64,000 bases of DNA from Raja brachyura (lineage: Eukaryota), in NCBI GenBank assembly GCA_963514005.1, contig OY740811.1:29202001-29266000 (forward strand). The letters run 5' to 3'. The position numbers were made by a program, and so were the translations under genes. Positions 40,104 through 56,713 of this stretch are shown here, piece after piece; the stretch's first letter is position 1; every line of letters begins with the position of its first letter. Under the pieces are notes generated by a model. The model did not search any database and was not told the origin of the DNA. It saw only the letters and a program-made list of their open reading frames with translations.

Positions 40104-41379
40104 TAGAGGACATAAATTATGTGGTATGATTGTTTTTAATATAACACTAAATTTGAATTAATACAGTGAATAAGTGAAGTTTTGTCTTGTCAAATGTACC
40201 TACTCCATGGTGAACCCTGAAATCAATGTCAATCCCTGATGCGTTTCTAACCCTGCACTCCCTGTTCTCAAAACAATTAAGTTCATAACATCTCTAGCTC
40301 TCCCTGCTATGTCGATTATCAATTTCTTGCAGCTACCTGTGCTCCCTCCTCTTGTAGAACAGCTTCCTAGCCCTAACTACCCCTTCCCCCAATGTCTGTT
40401 CTTTTCATTTTACAGTTATTCCTCCATTTCTCATCACTCCCCTCCCCCCTCTTCAACTAAAGCACCTCTTACATCCATGATAAAGTCTTGATTAATTTCA
40501 TCTTCAACCCTACCCGCTTCCTATTCCTGCTTTCAGGCAGCTGACATTGTCAGTTGTTCCTTGGCGTATGCATGTGATATATTATCAGAGCGAACCATTT
40601 AGCCACTCAAGGTTGCTGCAATATTCAATAAGATTATAACTGATCTGTGACCTAACTGCATATACTTGCTTTTCCTTTGCATCTCTTAATAAGTTCAATT
40701 AACAGAAATCTTTTAGTGTCAGACCATAAATTAACCAAGCATCCACTGCTGTCTGTGGAATAATATTCAAAACTACTGCTTCTGTGGAAAGTATCCTTAA
40801 CTTAACGTCTAATAGACATGGGCTTGGGATCAGCAATTATATCTGGAAAATTAATGCTTTTTGTTGAGGATATTTGTGTCAGTGGTTATTTTACACTCCA
40901 GCCTCTTCTCACCTTAATACATCTCGCATCTGCATTTCCATCTCCTTCATGCAGATACCTAGCTTCTCCACATCCTGTATTCTTACACTCCTGAAAATAA
41001 CTTGCTTATGAATTATTTTTAATTTATTAATGATCTTAGATTTGTAGAATCATGCAATCATTGAGGGCAGCCATTTAGTCCATGGCATCGTAGCTGATTC
41101 TAAAAAGAGAACCATCCAATCTAATCCCATCTTCTGGCCTTCGGTCGTTAGCCTTGCAAGTCAGTTTTTCAACTATTGGTCAAACATGATGAGGATTTCT
41201 GCTGCTAGTACTCATTTAGGCAGTGAATTGCAAACTTCTCCCTTGCTCTGGGTAAAAAAAATAAATGTGTGTATTCCTTTAGCAATTCTCTCAATCACTT
41301 GAAACATCCTGCTAAGAGAAAGAAATCCTTTCTATTTACACCATCTTAACCCCTCATTTTTATGCACCTCAATTAAATA

Positions 41380-41545
41380 CAGTACCTTCCATAATGTTTG
41401 AGACAAAGAGCCATCATTTATTTATTTGTCTCTGTACTCCACAATTTGAGAATAAACAATCACGTGGTTAAAGTGCACGTTGTCAGATTTTAATAAAGGC
41501 CATTTTTATATAGTTTGTTCCATCTATAATTTCACAGCTGTTCAC
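41380..41545. mobile_element. Tc1/mariner terminal fragment
   Basis: TA followed by CAGTACCTTCCATAATGTTTGAGACAAAG, a Tc1-like TIR start. Confidence 0.55.
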
Positions 41546-41944
41546 CTTAATGACAAAATGGATATCATCCTGTTCTTTTATTCAATAAGGATGTCACCAT
41601 CTCCTCCACTTCGCAGGCCTTTTTGGTTCTTTAATAGACCCTTGTTTGTTATCCCCTTGCTCTTTGAGTTGATGAAGCAGCTTTTGATTTTGCTTGACTT
41701 TTTTTTGGCTTTCTTAATTTCGCTCTTATACTGACTTTGCTCTCCAAGAGTTTCTTTATTATGCTCTCTGTGTCTGTTATCAGCTTTCCTTTCTTGTCAT
41801 CCCCGCACCTTGTCATGAAGTGATCTGCCGATTTGATAGTTCTACCCTTTTACCTTGTGAGACTATTTACCCAGAACCCCTTTAAAATCCTTGAACATCT
41901 TTCATTGCTGTGAAACTGATGGGTAACTGATGTAACCATATCAG

Positions 41945-42285
41945 GGAGATATCAGGGAATTATAGACCAGTTAGCCTGACATCGGTAATGGGAAAGATGC
42001 TTGAGTTGATTATTAAAGATGTAGCAGCAACGTATTTGGAGAGCAGTGTCAGGATCAGTCAAAGTCAGCATGGATTTATGAAGGGGAAATCATGCTTGAC
42101 TAATCGTATGGCATTTTTTGAGGATGTAACAAGTAGAATGGATAACGGAGAGCTAGTGGATGTGGTGTATCTGGATTTTCAAAAAGCCTTTGACATGGCC
42201 TCACATAGAGATTAGTGTGCAAAATTTGAGCACATGGTATTGGGGGTAGGGTTTTGACATGGATAGAGAACTGGTTGGCAGGCAA
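41945..42285 (+). mobile_element. CR1 LINE RT fragment
   Basis: SQHGFMKGKSCLTN...VDVVYLDFQKAFD. Confidence 0.9.
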
Positions 42286-43817
42286 GTTATTAACACGCAA
42301 TTTGTGTGTATCTCCACTGTCCTTTCATTCGTCACAAAGTCTTTGTAAATTTCTTTGAAGGACATCTCTCCATTACCCTTTTTTTTTGCTTTCTTGAAAC
42401 TTATGCATTCAACTAGACTTTTTGCAATCATTGTTTTTTTAGCTTCAATTTTTGTAGTGCTGGGAATGTTCATTCTATCTGCTAACTCTTCAAATTGTGA
42501 TCAGTCATTTTTGAGAACTTGCACTTATTTTTGAATTTTTTTACAGACTTCGTTTGGCCACATGTTTTCCTGTCTATGGAAATTGTATATTGTTTAACGT
42601 AGCAGTTGAACAGATTACTAACTGGTGCAAGACTGATTAGATGATTAGGTCACTTTTTATACTTCCTATGGGTAAAAGCTGTTGCTTTTGTTCAGACTGT
42701 AAAGGAAAACCCAGCTACCATTGTGCAAGGAGCAAATTACACATTTACACGCTGATCCCACTCATAAATATTTTTTATACTTCACAAAGTACAGTAAAAC
42801 GGATTGAATATGAACTCCAATCGCAGAGCTGAGATTACATTGAAACTGGAGATAGTGCAGTGTTATTGCTTGGAAATACTATCCATTTTGTGGTTCCCAG
42901 GAGGGTCCAACTTGCTTGTGGGAGAGAAGTATTAATAGGATATATTTAAGTTTAATATCTTTAGATTGCTGAGATAATTTGGAGGTGAGATCAAGCTGAA
43001 GATTGCTTGAGCTAATCACCTTCAGAATAGATTTAATAACAGAAAAGCTCAGCATATGATATTTTTAAGAATCATGTTTGACTGGATATTCTAGATGGTC
43101 GCTAGGTAGAATTGGCTAAGGGGTAGTATTTGTGATCAAACCTTAAGCATCGAATAAAGTACAGAGGGTAAATTTAAATGAACAAAAACACCAAATATTA
43201 CAATCTTGTTAGACATCTCCCTTATCTGGAATTCTCATTAGTGTTGCTTGAGTGGTTGAGGCAACAGATGGTTATGTACTCTGCTTGACAGTCTAACTGC
43301 AGACATGGTAGTAATGGTTGCAAGATGTTATTGCAGTTAGCACATGATTAATCTGATGCCAAATTTGGTAGAATTCCCATTGGATTGTGGCCACGTAATT
43401 TTGGGGAGAGGTTTCACATTTCAGACATTTTTTTACTTACTGCTGTGCATCATATTGCATTAAAAGGCAAAGTCAGATAGCTGTTTCACCTCATGACTTG
43501 CCTTTCCCGCCCCTCTCCCAACATCTGTCTGGTAGGAAATAGTTGTGACGGATGTAAAGCCATGGGAATGTTAAGCTTGTTCCTGGAATTCTTTGCTGGC
43601 ACATATTCTCAGTTTAGATCCAATAATTCCATTGTTTAGTTTTGTCTGGTACTTCACAAAAGAATTAAGGGTGAACTTAAGGTTATGAGTAGGGATTTTA
43701 TTAATAGTAATGTGTGAGCTGTAGACTTCTGGTTTTAGAAATGTTGCTCAGTCAAAAGACTGCCAAGATCACATCTATGACGGAAAGGGGGAAGCTATGA
43801 TTACGATGAGGGCACCG

Positions 43818-43962
43818 TTTAGACTTTAGAGATACAGCGTAGAAACAAGCTCTTTGGCCTATGCCGACCAGCAATCACCACTTACAACAGCACTACCCTA
43901 CACACTAGGGATAATTTAGAATTTTACAGAAGCCAATTAACCTACGAACCTGTACATCTTTG
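43818..43962 (-). mobile_element. HE1-type SINE 3' part
   Basis: tttagagatacagcg...ccaattaacctac is the reverse complement of the SINE tail. Confidence 0.7.
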
Positions 43963-43964
43963 AT

Positions 43965-44167
43965 GTACCCCTTCCCAGTTCTCGCACTAGGCTTACTGTC
44001 TCCGCCTATATTCTACCTTTGTCCCCTGACATCAGTCTGAAGAAGGGTCTTGACCCGAAAAGTCGCCCATTCCTTCTCTCCAGAGATGCTGCCTCACCTG
44101 CTGAGTTACTCCAGCATTGTGTGTCTACCTTGGATTTAAACCAGCATCTGCAGTTCTTTCTTACACA
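43965..44167 (+). mobile_element. Penelope 3' UTR/terminal-repeat copy
   Basis: cccctgacatcagtctgaagaagggtcttgacccgaaa...ccagcatctgcagttctttc. Confidence 0.8.
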
Positions 44168-44574
44168 ATCTATTCTATAGATTCTACAGATCTATTAATT
44201 ACACAGATATCCATTTCATCCCAGCCTCCGTCCATTTTTCCTAGTGTTCCCCCTTTTTCCTTGGAGCTCCCCAGCTGCCTTACCCACCTCTTTATACCTG
44301 CCCCCTCTCTTTCCTTACCCTTCACCCCTGCCATTGCTACCTCTACCAAGTCCTCTGTACCTTGTACTACTGGCATGAATCAATAATGTTTTAAAATCAG
44401 AAATGCAGGTAAAAAATCACAGAAACTAAGTTGTCAGGTTGCTGGCTGTTATTGCTATACACGTGAAACTAGAAAAATGATTTTGTAAAGTTTGAGGTTG
44501 TCTAAAGCAGGTGCTATTTAATTTGATTAGTGCATTAATTAAAGATGAGTTTCACTTTGAGCTGTAGTGTCTTA

Positions 44575-44880
44575 CTGCATGGGAAAAGACCCTTCAGCCC
44601 AACTTGCCCATGCTGACCTAGATGCCCCATCTACACTAATCCCACCTGCCTGTGTTTGGCCCATATGCCTTTAACCCATATCCGTGTGTCTGTCCAAATG
44701 TATTTCAAATGTTGTTATGCTACCTGTTTCAACTACCTCCTCTGGCAGCTCATTCCATATACCCACTGCCCTCTGTGGAAAAAGTTGCCCTTTGGGTTCG
44801 TAATCAATCTTTCACCCTCACATTAAACTTATGTCAGCTGGTTCTTTACTCGCCTCTCCTGAGTAAAAGACTCGGTGCAT
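44575..44880 (-). mobile_element. CR1 LINE 3' fragment
   Basis: Reverse complement of the CR1 tail. Confidence 0.7.
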
Positions 44881-44911
44881 TGAATCATTGAATTGAAAAG
44901 CATAATTTTAG

Positions 44912-45118
<207 letters not shown>

Positions 45119-45254
45119 TGAATAAAAGTTTTTTAATATTGCTGACCAGCAGATTAAAACATTCTCTGCATGGTGTGAGATGAGATGTAGTATTATGACC
45201 AATAATGTTCACTGAAATTCAAGATTCTCCTGATGTGCATTGTCTTAAATGATT

Positions 45255-46537
45255 AGTTAAGACAAATGTGGGACCCTTGCAGACAGAAATAGGTGAATTT
45301 ATTATGGGGAACAAGGAAAATGGCAGTCGAGTTGAACAGGTACTTTGTTTGTGTCTTCCTTTGTGAAGACAGAACCAATCTCCCAGATGTACTAGGAGAC
45401 AGAGGATCAAAGGTGATGGAAGAACTGAAGGAAATTCACATTAGTCAGGAAATGGTGTTGGGTAGACTGATGGGACTGAAGGCTGATAAATCCCCAGGAC
45501 CTGATGGACCCAGGGTACTCAAGGCTCTAGAAATTGTGGATGCATTGGTGATCATTTTCCTCTGTTCTATGGATACTGGATCAGTTCCTGGGGTTTGGAG
45601 TGTAGCTAATGTTATCCCACTTTTTAAGAAAGGAGGGAGAGAGAAAGCAGGGAATGTAGAACAGTTAGCCTGACATCGGTGGTGGGGAAGATGCTGGAGT
45701 CAATTATTAAAGGTGTAATAGCGGCGCATTTGGATAGCAGTAACAGGATCGGTCCAAGTCAGCATGGATTTACGAAGGGGAAAAAATCTTGTTTGTAATC
45801 TTCTGGAATTTTTTGAGGATGTAACAAGTAAAATGGATAAGGGACAGCCAGTGGATGTAGTGTATCTGGACTTTCAGAGAGCCCTTGATAAGGTCCCACA
45901 CAAGAGATTAGTGCGCAAAATTAGAGCACATGGTATGGGGGTAGGGTATTGACATGCATCGAAAATTGGTTGGCAGACAGAAAACAAAGAGTAGGAATTA
46001 ACGGGACCCTTTCAGAATGGCAGGTAGAGACCAGTGGGGTGCTGCAAGGCTCGGTGCTGGGACCGCATCTTATTAGATAATTAATGATTTAAATGAAGGA
46101 ATTAAAAGTAACATTAGTAAAATTGCAGATGACACGAAGCTGGGTGACTTGGATAGTGTGAACTATGAAGAGGATGCTATGAGGATGCAGGGTGACTTGG
46201 ATAGGTTGGGTGCATGGGCAGATGCATGGCAGAAGCAGTATAATGTGGATAAATGTGATGGCAAGAACAAGAAGGCAGATTATTATCTGAATGGTGTCAG
46301 ATTAGGAAAAGGGGAAGTGCAACGAGACCTGGGTGTCCTTGTATATCAGTCACTGAAAATAAGCATGTAGGTGCAGCAGGCAATGAAGAAAGGTAATGGC
46401 ATGTTGGCGTTCATAATGAGAGGATTTGAGTATCGGAGCAAATAGGTGCTTCTGCAGCTGTACAGAGCCCTGGTGAGACCACACCTGGGGTATTGTGTGC
46501 AGTGTTTGACTCCTAAGTTGATGAAGGACATTATTGC
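45255..46537 (+). mobile_element. CR1/HER1 LINE, degraded RT region
   Basis: KADKSPGPDG, VDVVYLDFQRALDKVPH and ADDTKL motifs with stops. Confidence 0.92.
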
Positions 46538-46658
46538 AAGAATCCTTGCAAGAACTTTGGTGTCAGCTCTGAGTAGCCCATCTGGCCCATCTCGGTATAC
46601 CATTTCATCCATGTATTAAGTTGTCTTATTTTCCTGCTGCTGTACCATCCAGCATTAG

Positions 46659-46892
<234 letters not shown>

Positions 46893-47737
46893 TAAGTAAT
46901 TAATAGTTTCCTCTGGTTAGTTAATGCACTTTGTATACATTTGCGGTATCTCCTCTGTGTCTAATGACAAAGCTGCCGCCTCATTAATTTTGTGCCTTTA
47001 CAGAGGGTTGGAAGATGGACCCTCTTTTGTGGTTCCTTTAAAGATTTAAATTCATTTAATTTTATAGGCTATTATGGGCAATTTATGTAAGATGAAAGTA
47101 GAAGAGAACGGAAGATGGTAATTCCCAGAACTAAAATGTACATAGTGCTCTACTCTTACAGACTGTTTGTAAAAATCAAGAGTGTTTAATTGTCATATGT
47201 ACTGACAATCATATGTACCAACAAGAGCAATAACATTCTTACTTGCAGCAGCATAACAGACCTGTTAATACAATACATGTAGATAATATATAACAAACAA
47301 AAATTCAATAAATATGACCTGTTGCAGGTGGTGATCTGAGACTGCGGCAATGTATGTATTTTGTTGAATTAAGGCAGTTTCTTTTGAACTAATTTCAGTC
47401 CTAAGGGCGAAGCATATGTTCAGCCACCTGTTCATATGAGGAAAGGAAGTACAATTAATATCATTTTGGGCATTGTTTAGAGTTTAGTTAGAAAAAATAA
47501 TTGTTAATCTGAATTAAAGTTGAATCAGGCTTATTACATGACATGAATCGGGTGAACAAAAGGTTCTTGTAATACTGGGAAATGTTTTATTGTTGAAGAT
47601 ATCCTCATCTTGAAAGGTTTAGATCTGAGACTCTCGCTGTTTGGATGATTGTATTTAATGTAAGTGGAGTATTTCTCACATTTCTATGGCAGCATTCCAC
47701 ACACAGTATTCCATACATAGTCAGGCTAGTTCTCTGA

Positions 47738-47833
47738 TGTCTGAAGAAGGGTCTCGACCCAAAACGTCACCCATTCCTTCTCTGCAGAGATGCTGCCTGT
47801 CATACTGTTATTCCAGCTTTTTGTGTCTATCTT
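47738..47833 (+). mobile_element. Penelope terminal-repeat copy
   Basis: gtctgaagaagggtctcgacccaaaacgtcacccattcc. Confidence 0.75.
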
Positions 47834-48884
47834 TAGTTTCCTAAATGGTTGCTTCTGAGCTTGACTGGATAGTCAAATTGGCAATATGGGATTTTAACCT
47901 GGACATAACCAGAACACATTAAGTTGAAAATGGCTTTATGTACCTGGTATAACGAAGGATTTCTCTTTCCACATATGCAGCTTCACCTGCTGACTATTTC
48001 CAGCTTTTTCTGTTCTTATAATTTTTCTGTCAAGTTGTCTGAAAAGGAAGGAAATTATTATTTTTTCCTAACTGTTAGTTAGCATCATTGATTTGTAGGC
48101 AGATCACAATACATCAAAGTTTTATGATGTGAAAGAACAAACTTAAAAGTTGTACAAATGCAGATATTATGGCTTTTCACACAAAACAATTATTTTGATA
48201 GAGGGCAAATGGATAAGCATTGAGTAGCTGGAGAATTTGTTGCAGGCTGATGTCGATGTCAACTGAAATGGGCCAGTCTTCTTCATAGCATTACAGGCTC
48301 ACTGGATCTTTGCTACAGGAAGGATATTGGAACAATGGACAAAATGCAGAGCAAAATGTATCAGCTGACGTCAGTCCTATCCTCCAGTTATTTTGACAAT
48401 TCCCTTAAAGTGCATCATCTTTTTTATGGACCCTTCTATCACTGAAAGCAGTTGGTGCTTATTTATGTGTCAAAACCATTTAATCTTTATTAAATTTCTT
48501 TGTGATCCTCTAAAGAAGACAAGCTGCAGACTTTAAACAACAGAATTCCTGCATTCATGGTCCTGTTGTAGCATTTTTGCTCTGTACTCTCAATATTTCC
48601 TAAACCCCAGTGCCCCCCGGTGATTAATGAGGGTTTAACACATATGAAACCAAGGATCCTGCCTGCCTGCCTTTTTTAACAACCTTTTCAACTTGATGCT
48701 GGTTTAGTATTTTTGCACAGACATTTGTTTTGTAACCAACTCCTTTAAAATATTCCTGTTTTGGGTTAAATACCTCCTTTCATTCATCTGGTAGAAATAA
48801 ATCACTTTATGCAACCTTTGATTAAATTTCATGTGTGATGTGTGTCCATTTCATCAGTCTGGCTTTCATGGATTCTTATGTGTG

Positions 48885-50171
<1,287 letters not shown>

Positions 50172-50754
50172 TAATTCAACATAATTTTGCAGGGATTCTT
50201 TGAAATGACCCTATCATGCTATCAATATCTTAAAATGTTCTGATTTTCAATGTTATGTTAATGTAGTGGATTGTTTTACATGAAATATCTCACCCAGATA
50301 TTCTGAAGGCATTAATTCTTGCACCCGATAATTCGTCAAAACTAATAGATATCTGTAAATAATGTTTTGTACAATTCTGAAATACAGGAAATACAAGGAG
50401 TCCGTTGCTACCTTCCTTGGCTCACATTAACTCCAGATCAAATATTTCAACATTACTCAAATGTGAAATTAGCTTTTCACCAAGTTCAATTTTCTTTTGA
50501 GGTTCTGTGTGATGTCTCTCTTTGTCTTTTCTCATCTGCCAGTGCAAAGACAGAGATTCAGTTGGTGATCATTGAAAAATATGCTGAATAATCTTGGCTT
50601 TGTTTATCCTTTTATATTATATTCTTCCATATTCTTTCTTCCCCCTCCCCCCCCCATCTGAATGACATGTATGAAATTTACTGTACCCCCATGATATTAA
50701 TATTTGAGGGTTACAACATTATAATTCCATCTCCAGTCGTTACTGCTATTCTAG

Positions 50755-51170
50755 AAAGGACAAATGACATTTATTGTCACGTACACCAATTGGTGGAGTG
50801 AAATTTGAGTTGCCATTTGCAGCACACCAATAAAAGTAAAACACATTAAAGAAGAATTTAACATTAAACATCCCCCCACATTGGTTCCCACTGAGGGAAG
50901 GCAGCAAAGTCCAGTCCTTTTCCGCTTGTTCACCCCGTGGTCAGGGCCTATTTGAGGCCTCCGCAGTTGCCGCAACGGCAGCCCGATGTTTCAGGCCCTC
51001 TCGCCAGATGATGGAGCTCCGGTGTCGGAAGAACACTCTTCAGCGGCTTGGAATGTCTGGAGCGGCCACTTGCTACCAGAGACCGCGGCTCCCGAAGTCC
51101 ACAGGCCGCGCTGGTCGGAGCTCCAACACTGGCGATTGCGGCGAAAGATCCCAGGCTCCGCGGTGTTCAC
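50755..51170 (-). mobile_element. GC-rich non-autonomous retroposon-like repeat, unassigned family
   Basis: Homologous to 61197-61720 and 62335-62800; - strand tail gtgacaataaa. Confidence 0.6.
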
Positions 51171-51395
51171 AGAGGCATTGAATCTCGCTCCCTCAGTGCC
51201 AATCCAAGTTATCTCTGAACAGATATGGCATTACTAAAGCATGGATGAAAAAAACTGTCACTCTCGGGTTTCAACTTTAAATCTTAATCCTCCGGTGTAC
51301 AAATGCAGTTTCCTGCACTCAAACACTTGGTACAGGGTATGTGCACGTGATCCAGTAGGGTCTTTCAATGTTTTATGGATTTTGGTAAAGAGTAG

Positions 51396-51545
<150 letters not shown>

Positions 51546-51667
51546 TGAAAGTTTCAGATTTCATTAACATTGCTGACTCCATTTGCTGAAGTACAGCCTA
51601 TTTCTTCTGGCACAACATCTGAACTGCTTTATCTGTTTCATTGCATCTTTTTTTTCTTCTGGTGTAG

Positions 51668-52099
<432 letters not shown>

Positions 52100-52485
52100 T
52101 GAAATGCCTAGAAAAATGACATTCCCAAGGACTATTGGAGAAATTGGGAAAGCTAAGAATGTTTTCTCTTGAGGAAAGCATTACAGGGACATTCAGACAA
52201 TGCTCAAAATTATTTGGTTCTTTCGACAGTAAATTTGGAATAGGAGATTGTCATCAGAGGCAATTATTTAATGTAATGGCAGAGACCTGAGAGACGATGA
52301 CATTTTTCATGAATTTCATTCTTCCATCTGAAATTTGAAAGGATTCAGTTAAAGAGCAGTACAGTGAAACAAATTGGAAAGAGCTGCTTTAGGCATCATT
52401 AGCTACATGCTCTCTCTTGTACTGTGGGATTTAGTGCATGACTTTTATCACTTCTAACATTTCCTTTTTCTCTTTCACTGGACAG

Positions 52486-52591
52486 AAATTCCCCATCAGT
52501 CAGTTCAGCAGCAAGTAGTGACTCAGGAAACACAGACGATATTACAGATGAGCTTGAGCGCGATGGAGAAGGCGATAGTTCTGTCAGCTGA
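52486..52591 (+). CDS. IFFO2: IFFO2 last coding exon (NSPSVSSAASSDSGNTDDITDELERDGEGDSSVS*)
   Basis: gacag acceptor after a pyrimidine tract; IFFO2-type tail; exons sum to 1695 nt. Confidence 0.92.
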
Positions 52592-54542
52592 TGAATGATA
52601 CAAGTGAAGTGGACTCAATCTGCCTGTACCCACAACAATCACCTTTTAACCCTATTTTTGATAGGGTGCAAAGGGCTTTGTTCATATACATATAGTCAAG
52701 CCCTAAGCATTGGTGCTGTACATTTGTATAGTTGTACAGAATATCATCGAACAGAATTGGAAAAGCAATGACTTCCCACCTGGTGCAGAAACCCACCATG
52801 ATAACTACTATGCAAGTGGCTTGCCTTACACGTCGACAGCCTTCATCTTGATGAGGGAGCTAAACTCCACGGCATTTCTGAAAAAATGCTGAACTATCTT
52901 TGAAATGCATGTGGTAGCTGATAAATATTAATGTCTGGGTTAAAGAAGTGGATTATTCGTATAGTTTGTTTATGCTAGTTGATAGAAAGGATCAGCTAGG
53001 ACCATTCTGGGTTTCTGCATATCCTTAATGTAAAGTATTTCAATCAGATTAAACTGCTGTAATTAATTATGTAATTACCAAAACAGTGTGAACTGTTTGA
53101 TGTGGTCTATTCATCTGCACTGGAAGTTAGTAACGCCATAAAGCTCTACTGTCTTTATTCTCTGCAAACCAATGTTGCTAAGGAACTGGATTATTGTGTC
53201 CTGCACAGAATTGTTATTTCTTCGGGCTGTATTTAATGTCCTAACATTGCCAGGGCTTTGAGAATGTACAATGTTGTATTTGGAGGATAAATTATAAAAT
53301 CTTTGCAGGTTGCTCTTCATATCTGAAGAACCGGATTAAAGTTGTAGATGGAAAACTGTATATTATCTAATTGTTAGCCCTTACTCCCACAAAAAATAAG
53401 GACAGCAATCAGTAGCACCTTCAATATACCTCTTATTTTTCATTTAGCTTCACTACCACAATCTGAGATTCTAAAAAGGAGCTAGATGGAGTTTACATTA
53501 AAACTGTACAGATTGGGAACTGATTGCAGTGAGAGATTCAGGGCCATGAATAATTGATGGTTATGCTTCTGTTCTGTAAACTTAGCATTTTAATTCAATT
53601 ACAATTCCTAGAATCCTTCAACAATTCAGTTTTGAGCAAAACAAGGATACCTCAAGGTCCTATTATTTATGGATAAGAACAGTTCTTGAAGAAGTTTGAA
53701 CGCGTTATCCACTAACCAGCAGTGGATGCATGTGGTCTATTGTCTCAGTGATAGGATCTCAGATGTGAATGATGCAGAACCAGGTGATACCACAGCCTTT
53801 TGTCTTACAAGCAACGGATCTTCCTGACATAGCTTAACATGGAAGGCTATTGCTTCACTGCAGTCCTTCCTCTTCATTAATTTATCGTATATTATTTGTT
53901 TAAAATGAGCATTTGGTTGCTTAAATGTATCCAAGTACTTGACATGTACTTTTATTAAAGCAAAAGAGCTGGCATATTACCAGAGTTGGAAACTGATCAT
54001 ATACGGACAAAACAATGCTACTCCTAAAAGTACAAAATGGAAGAGCAACCTTCCCCACCAATGCTTTCAATTTGAAGCTTGCATGTCTTAGTCTTTGGGA
54101 AATCAGGTTAGCAGGTAGCCTGCTAATTTAAAGCTAGTGTTCGATAATTTATTCCAGAAACTTGGATAACTGGTTGGGTCTGGGGTGTAATGTCCCATCT
54201 GTCTTATTTGAATTATTTAGACTTTTATCAACATTCAATCATAGGAAGAAAATTACTGTTATTGCATGAGGTTCTGGGAATTCACTCTATTTTTGTACAT
54301 TAAACGCTTCCTGTATAAGATGTATAATGATTAACATAATTAAAAGAGGGAGTTGTCTAACAGGAAAGCAATTCTTAGTCGGTTATTATTTGATGTGATC
54401 CCATCTTTCAAATAGCTATTGAGCGCCATTCTTTCTCCAAAACAATATACATTAATGCAAGCAAATCTTTTTCCAAAAGCCAAATACATTAGTACAGTAA
54501 ATTAAGTGTTCTCTCACTTGCAGTTTGATTTTAAATGTCAAA

Positions 54543-54823
54543 GCGGCACAGTAGCGCAGCTGGGAGAAAGAATTCGTCACAGCGCCAGAGTTCGATCCTG
54601 ACCGTGGATGCTGTCTCTGTGGAGTTTCCTCTGGGTGCTCCCTCATCCAAAATACGTCCATTTTGTGGGTTAATTGGCCTCTATAAAATTGATCTTTGTG
54701 TGTCGGATGTGGATGAGAAGGTGGGATAACATAGAACTAGTGTGAACAGGAGATCGATGGTTGACATGGACTCAACGAGTGAAAGGACCTGTTTCCATGT
54801 AGTAATTTTCAATCAATCAGTCA
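54543..54823 (+). mobile_element. HE1-type V-SINE
   Basis: B box gagttcgatcc; (caat)n tail. Confidence 0.75.
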
Positions 54824-55769
54824 TTATTGACAGTGTCATGTTATAATAGTAGTTGAAAGATGGGAGTGGGGCTCTAATTCAATAGGTTGTGCTCAGCTCC
54901 CTTAACATGTGGCTCATTATGGCATATTAAAGAGAGATTTGCTCTAGGACAGGAGAAACAGCTTTATGCTGCATCTAATCGGTTTTCCACTAATAGATAG
55001 CCATCACATAGCACCAAAAAATGATGCCGTTTAACCAAGAATAACCTTTTTATAAGTATTAACATTTGCTATTTGAATTGAAAACTTAATTTAAAGAGCC
55101 AAAAGAAAGATGGTAGCGCATTCATTTTTAACGCCTTTAAATATTGGTAAGTGAATTAAAGTGTCTGGACTTTTTCTTGTGAATTTATGTTATATTGAAG
55201 TATTCAAGTATTTATTTCACTTGGCAACTCAGGCAAGCAAAGTACTTCCATATATTAAAACAAACATTGCTTATGAGATAGATGATTCTCAAAATGCTGT
55301 TTTTTATTGTCCATCCGCAATTGCACTTGAGTGGAGGAGGCAGTTAAAAGCTTACCACCATTGGTGGGTATGGAATCATGAGATAATAAATGGCAGATTT
55401 CCTTCTCTGAAGGGCATTAATAAACCATACAAGTTTTTATGACAATGTGGTAGCTTCATATTTACCACAACAATTACTGGTGCTTTGTTTCAGATTTGTT
55501 CAATTGAAATATAATTCCCCAATTGGTGGATTTTAAACCTGCTTCTCTGGATCAATGTACCAGTTTTCAGTATACAAGGCAAATAATGTAACCGGTTGTG
55601 CTATCATGCCCTATTTAATCTCTGTTTACATTGTTTCATCCAAGCAGTCTTACCTAAGGATTAAAATATGATAGTTCAATTATTCTTTGTCGTATCAATA
55701 TTATAGAGGTGGATTAATTTGCAATTTTATTTTAATTCACTTGTGCCTTGACAATGTTTTCTTTTATAT

Positions 55770-56165
55770 ATAGGCTGGGTTAGCATCCCAGTCTGTGTCT
55801 TTCGTGACGCCTAATGAACCACCGTGGCCTAAAAATCCATCAGGCGAGAATGAAATATTCAGAGAAGGAGAAAGAGGTGCAGCGCACAGGCCTTGAATCT
55901 GGTGAGACGCAGGAGGGGCCCGGCCGGGATTCACCCCGCATCCTAGTCCCTCCACGCACTAGAGTCACCCAACCCCTGCAGAGTAGTTATTAAGAGGGCT
56001 GATCCGTGGGCGGTGGCTGTTGGGACGCAAGTCGTGGCCTGATCAACCCCGGCTGGGTCGCATGGGCGAGGGTGTCTGATATTGTGAGACCAGAAACACC
56101 CGATGACCCCAGGTCACATCACTGAGGATGCGTCCTAAAGCATCTAGAAGATATATCTATCACAC
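55770..56165 (+). mobile_element. Internally deleted non-autonomous HERO-like non-LTR element
   Basis: MNHRGLKIHQARMK...RTG.ESGETQEGPG from 55814 joined to KRADPW and a HERO-like 3' UTR. Confidence 0.7.
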
Positions 56166-56621
56166 TTTGGAGTTATAGCTTATCCAACTGGATGATAGTT
56201 TTACAATCATCCATTAGAGGCAGGGAGAGAATGAAAGCTTCATCTATATATAAAAAAAAACGCGCCAGAACTAAAGCTGTCACTTAGAGACAACAAGGCC
56301 TGGGTATATATACTCTGGGTACTCGGCCTCCATTTATTGGAGATGGAGCCAAATACTTAAAATGCAGTAGTCAAGCTTTCATCCATGGGAAACACAGCAG
56401 CATTACAGCTTCCGTCTGTCAGAAGCCAGGTGAGGGACAAAGCCTTCATCTGTAGAAGACCTGATCAAGGTTCAGATCAGAACGCCTCATCTAGATCTGG
56501 GTCAAGGATCTATTAGATTCTATGGAAGTACACATCTGACCGGATGGAATCCAAGCTAATCCTTCCAGCGGAGACCTGCTTGATCAGTATTTGACTGAAA
56601 AAAAAAAAACACTTTTAATTA

Positions 56622-56713
56622 AAGATAGACACGGTGGCGTTGTAACTCAGTGGGTCAGCCAGCATCTCTGGAGAAAAAGGATGCGTGACGTTTTGGGTTG
56701 GGACCCTTCAAAC
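56622..56713 (-). mobile_element. Penelope terminal-repeat copy
   Basis: Flanked by tttaatta duplication. Confidence 0.7.
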
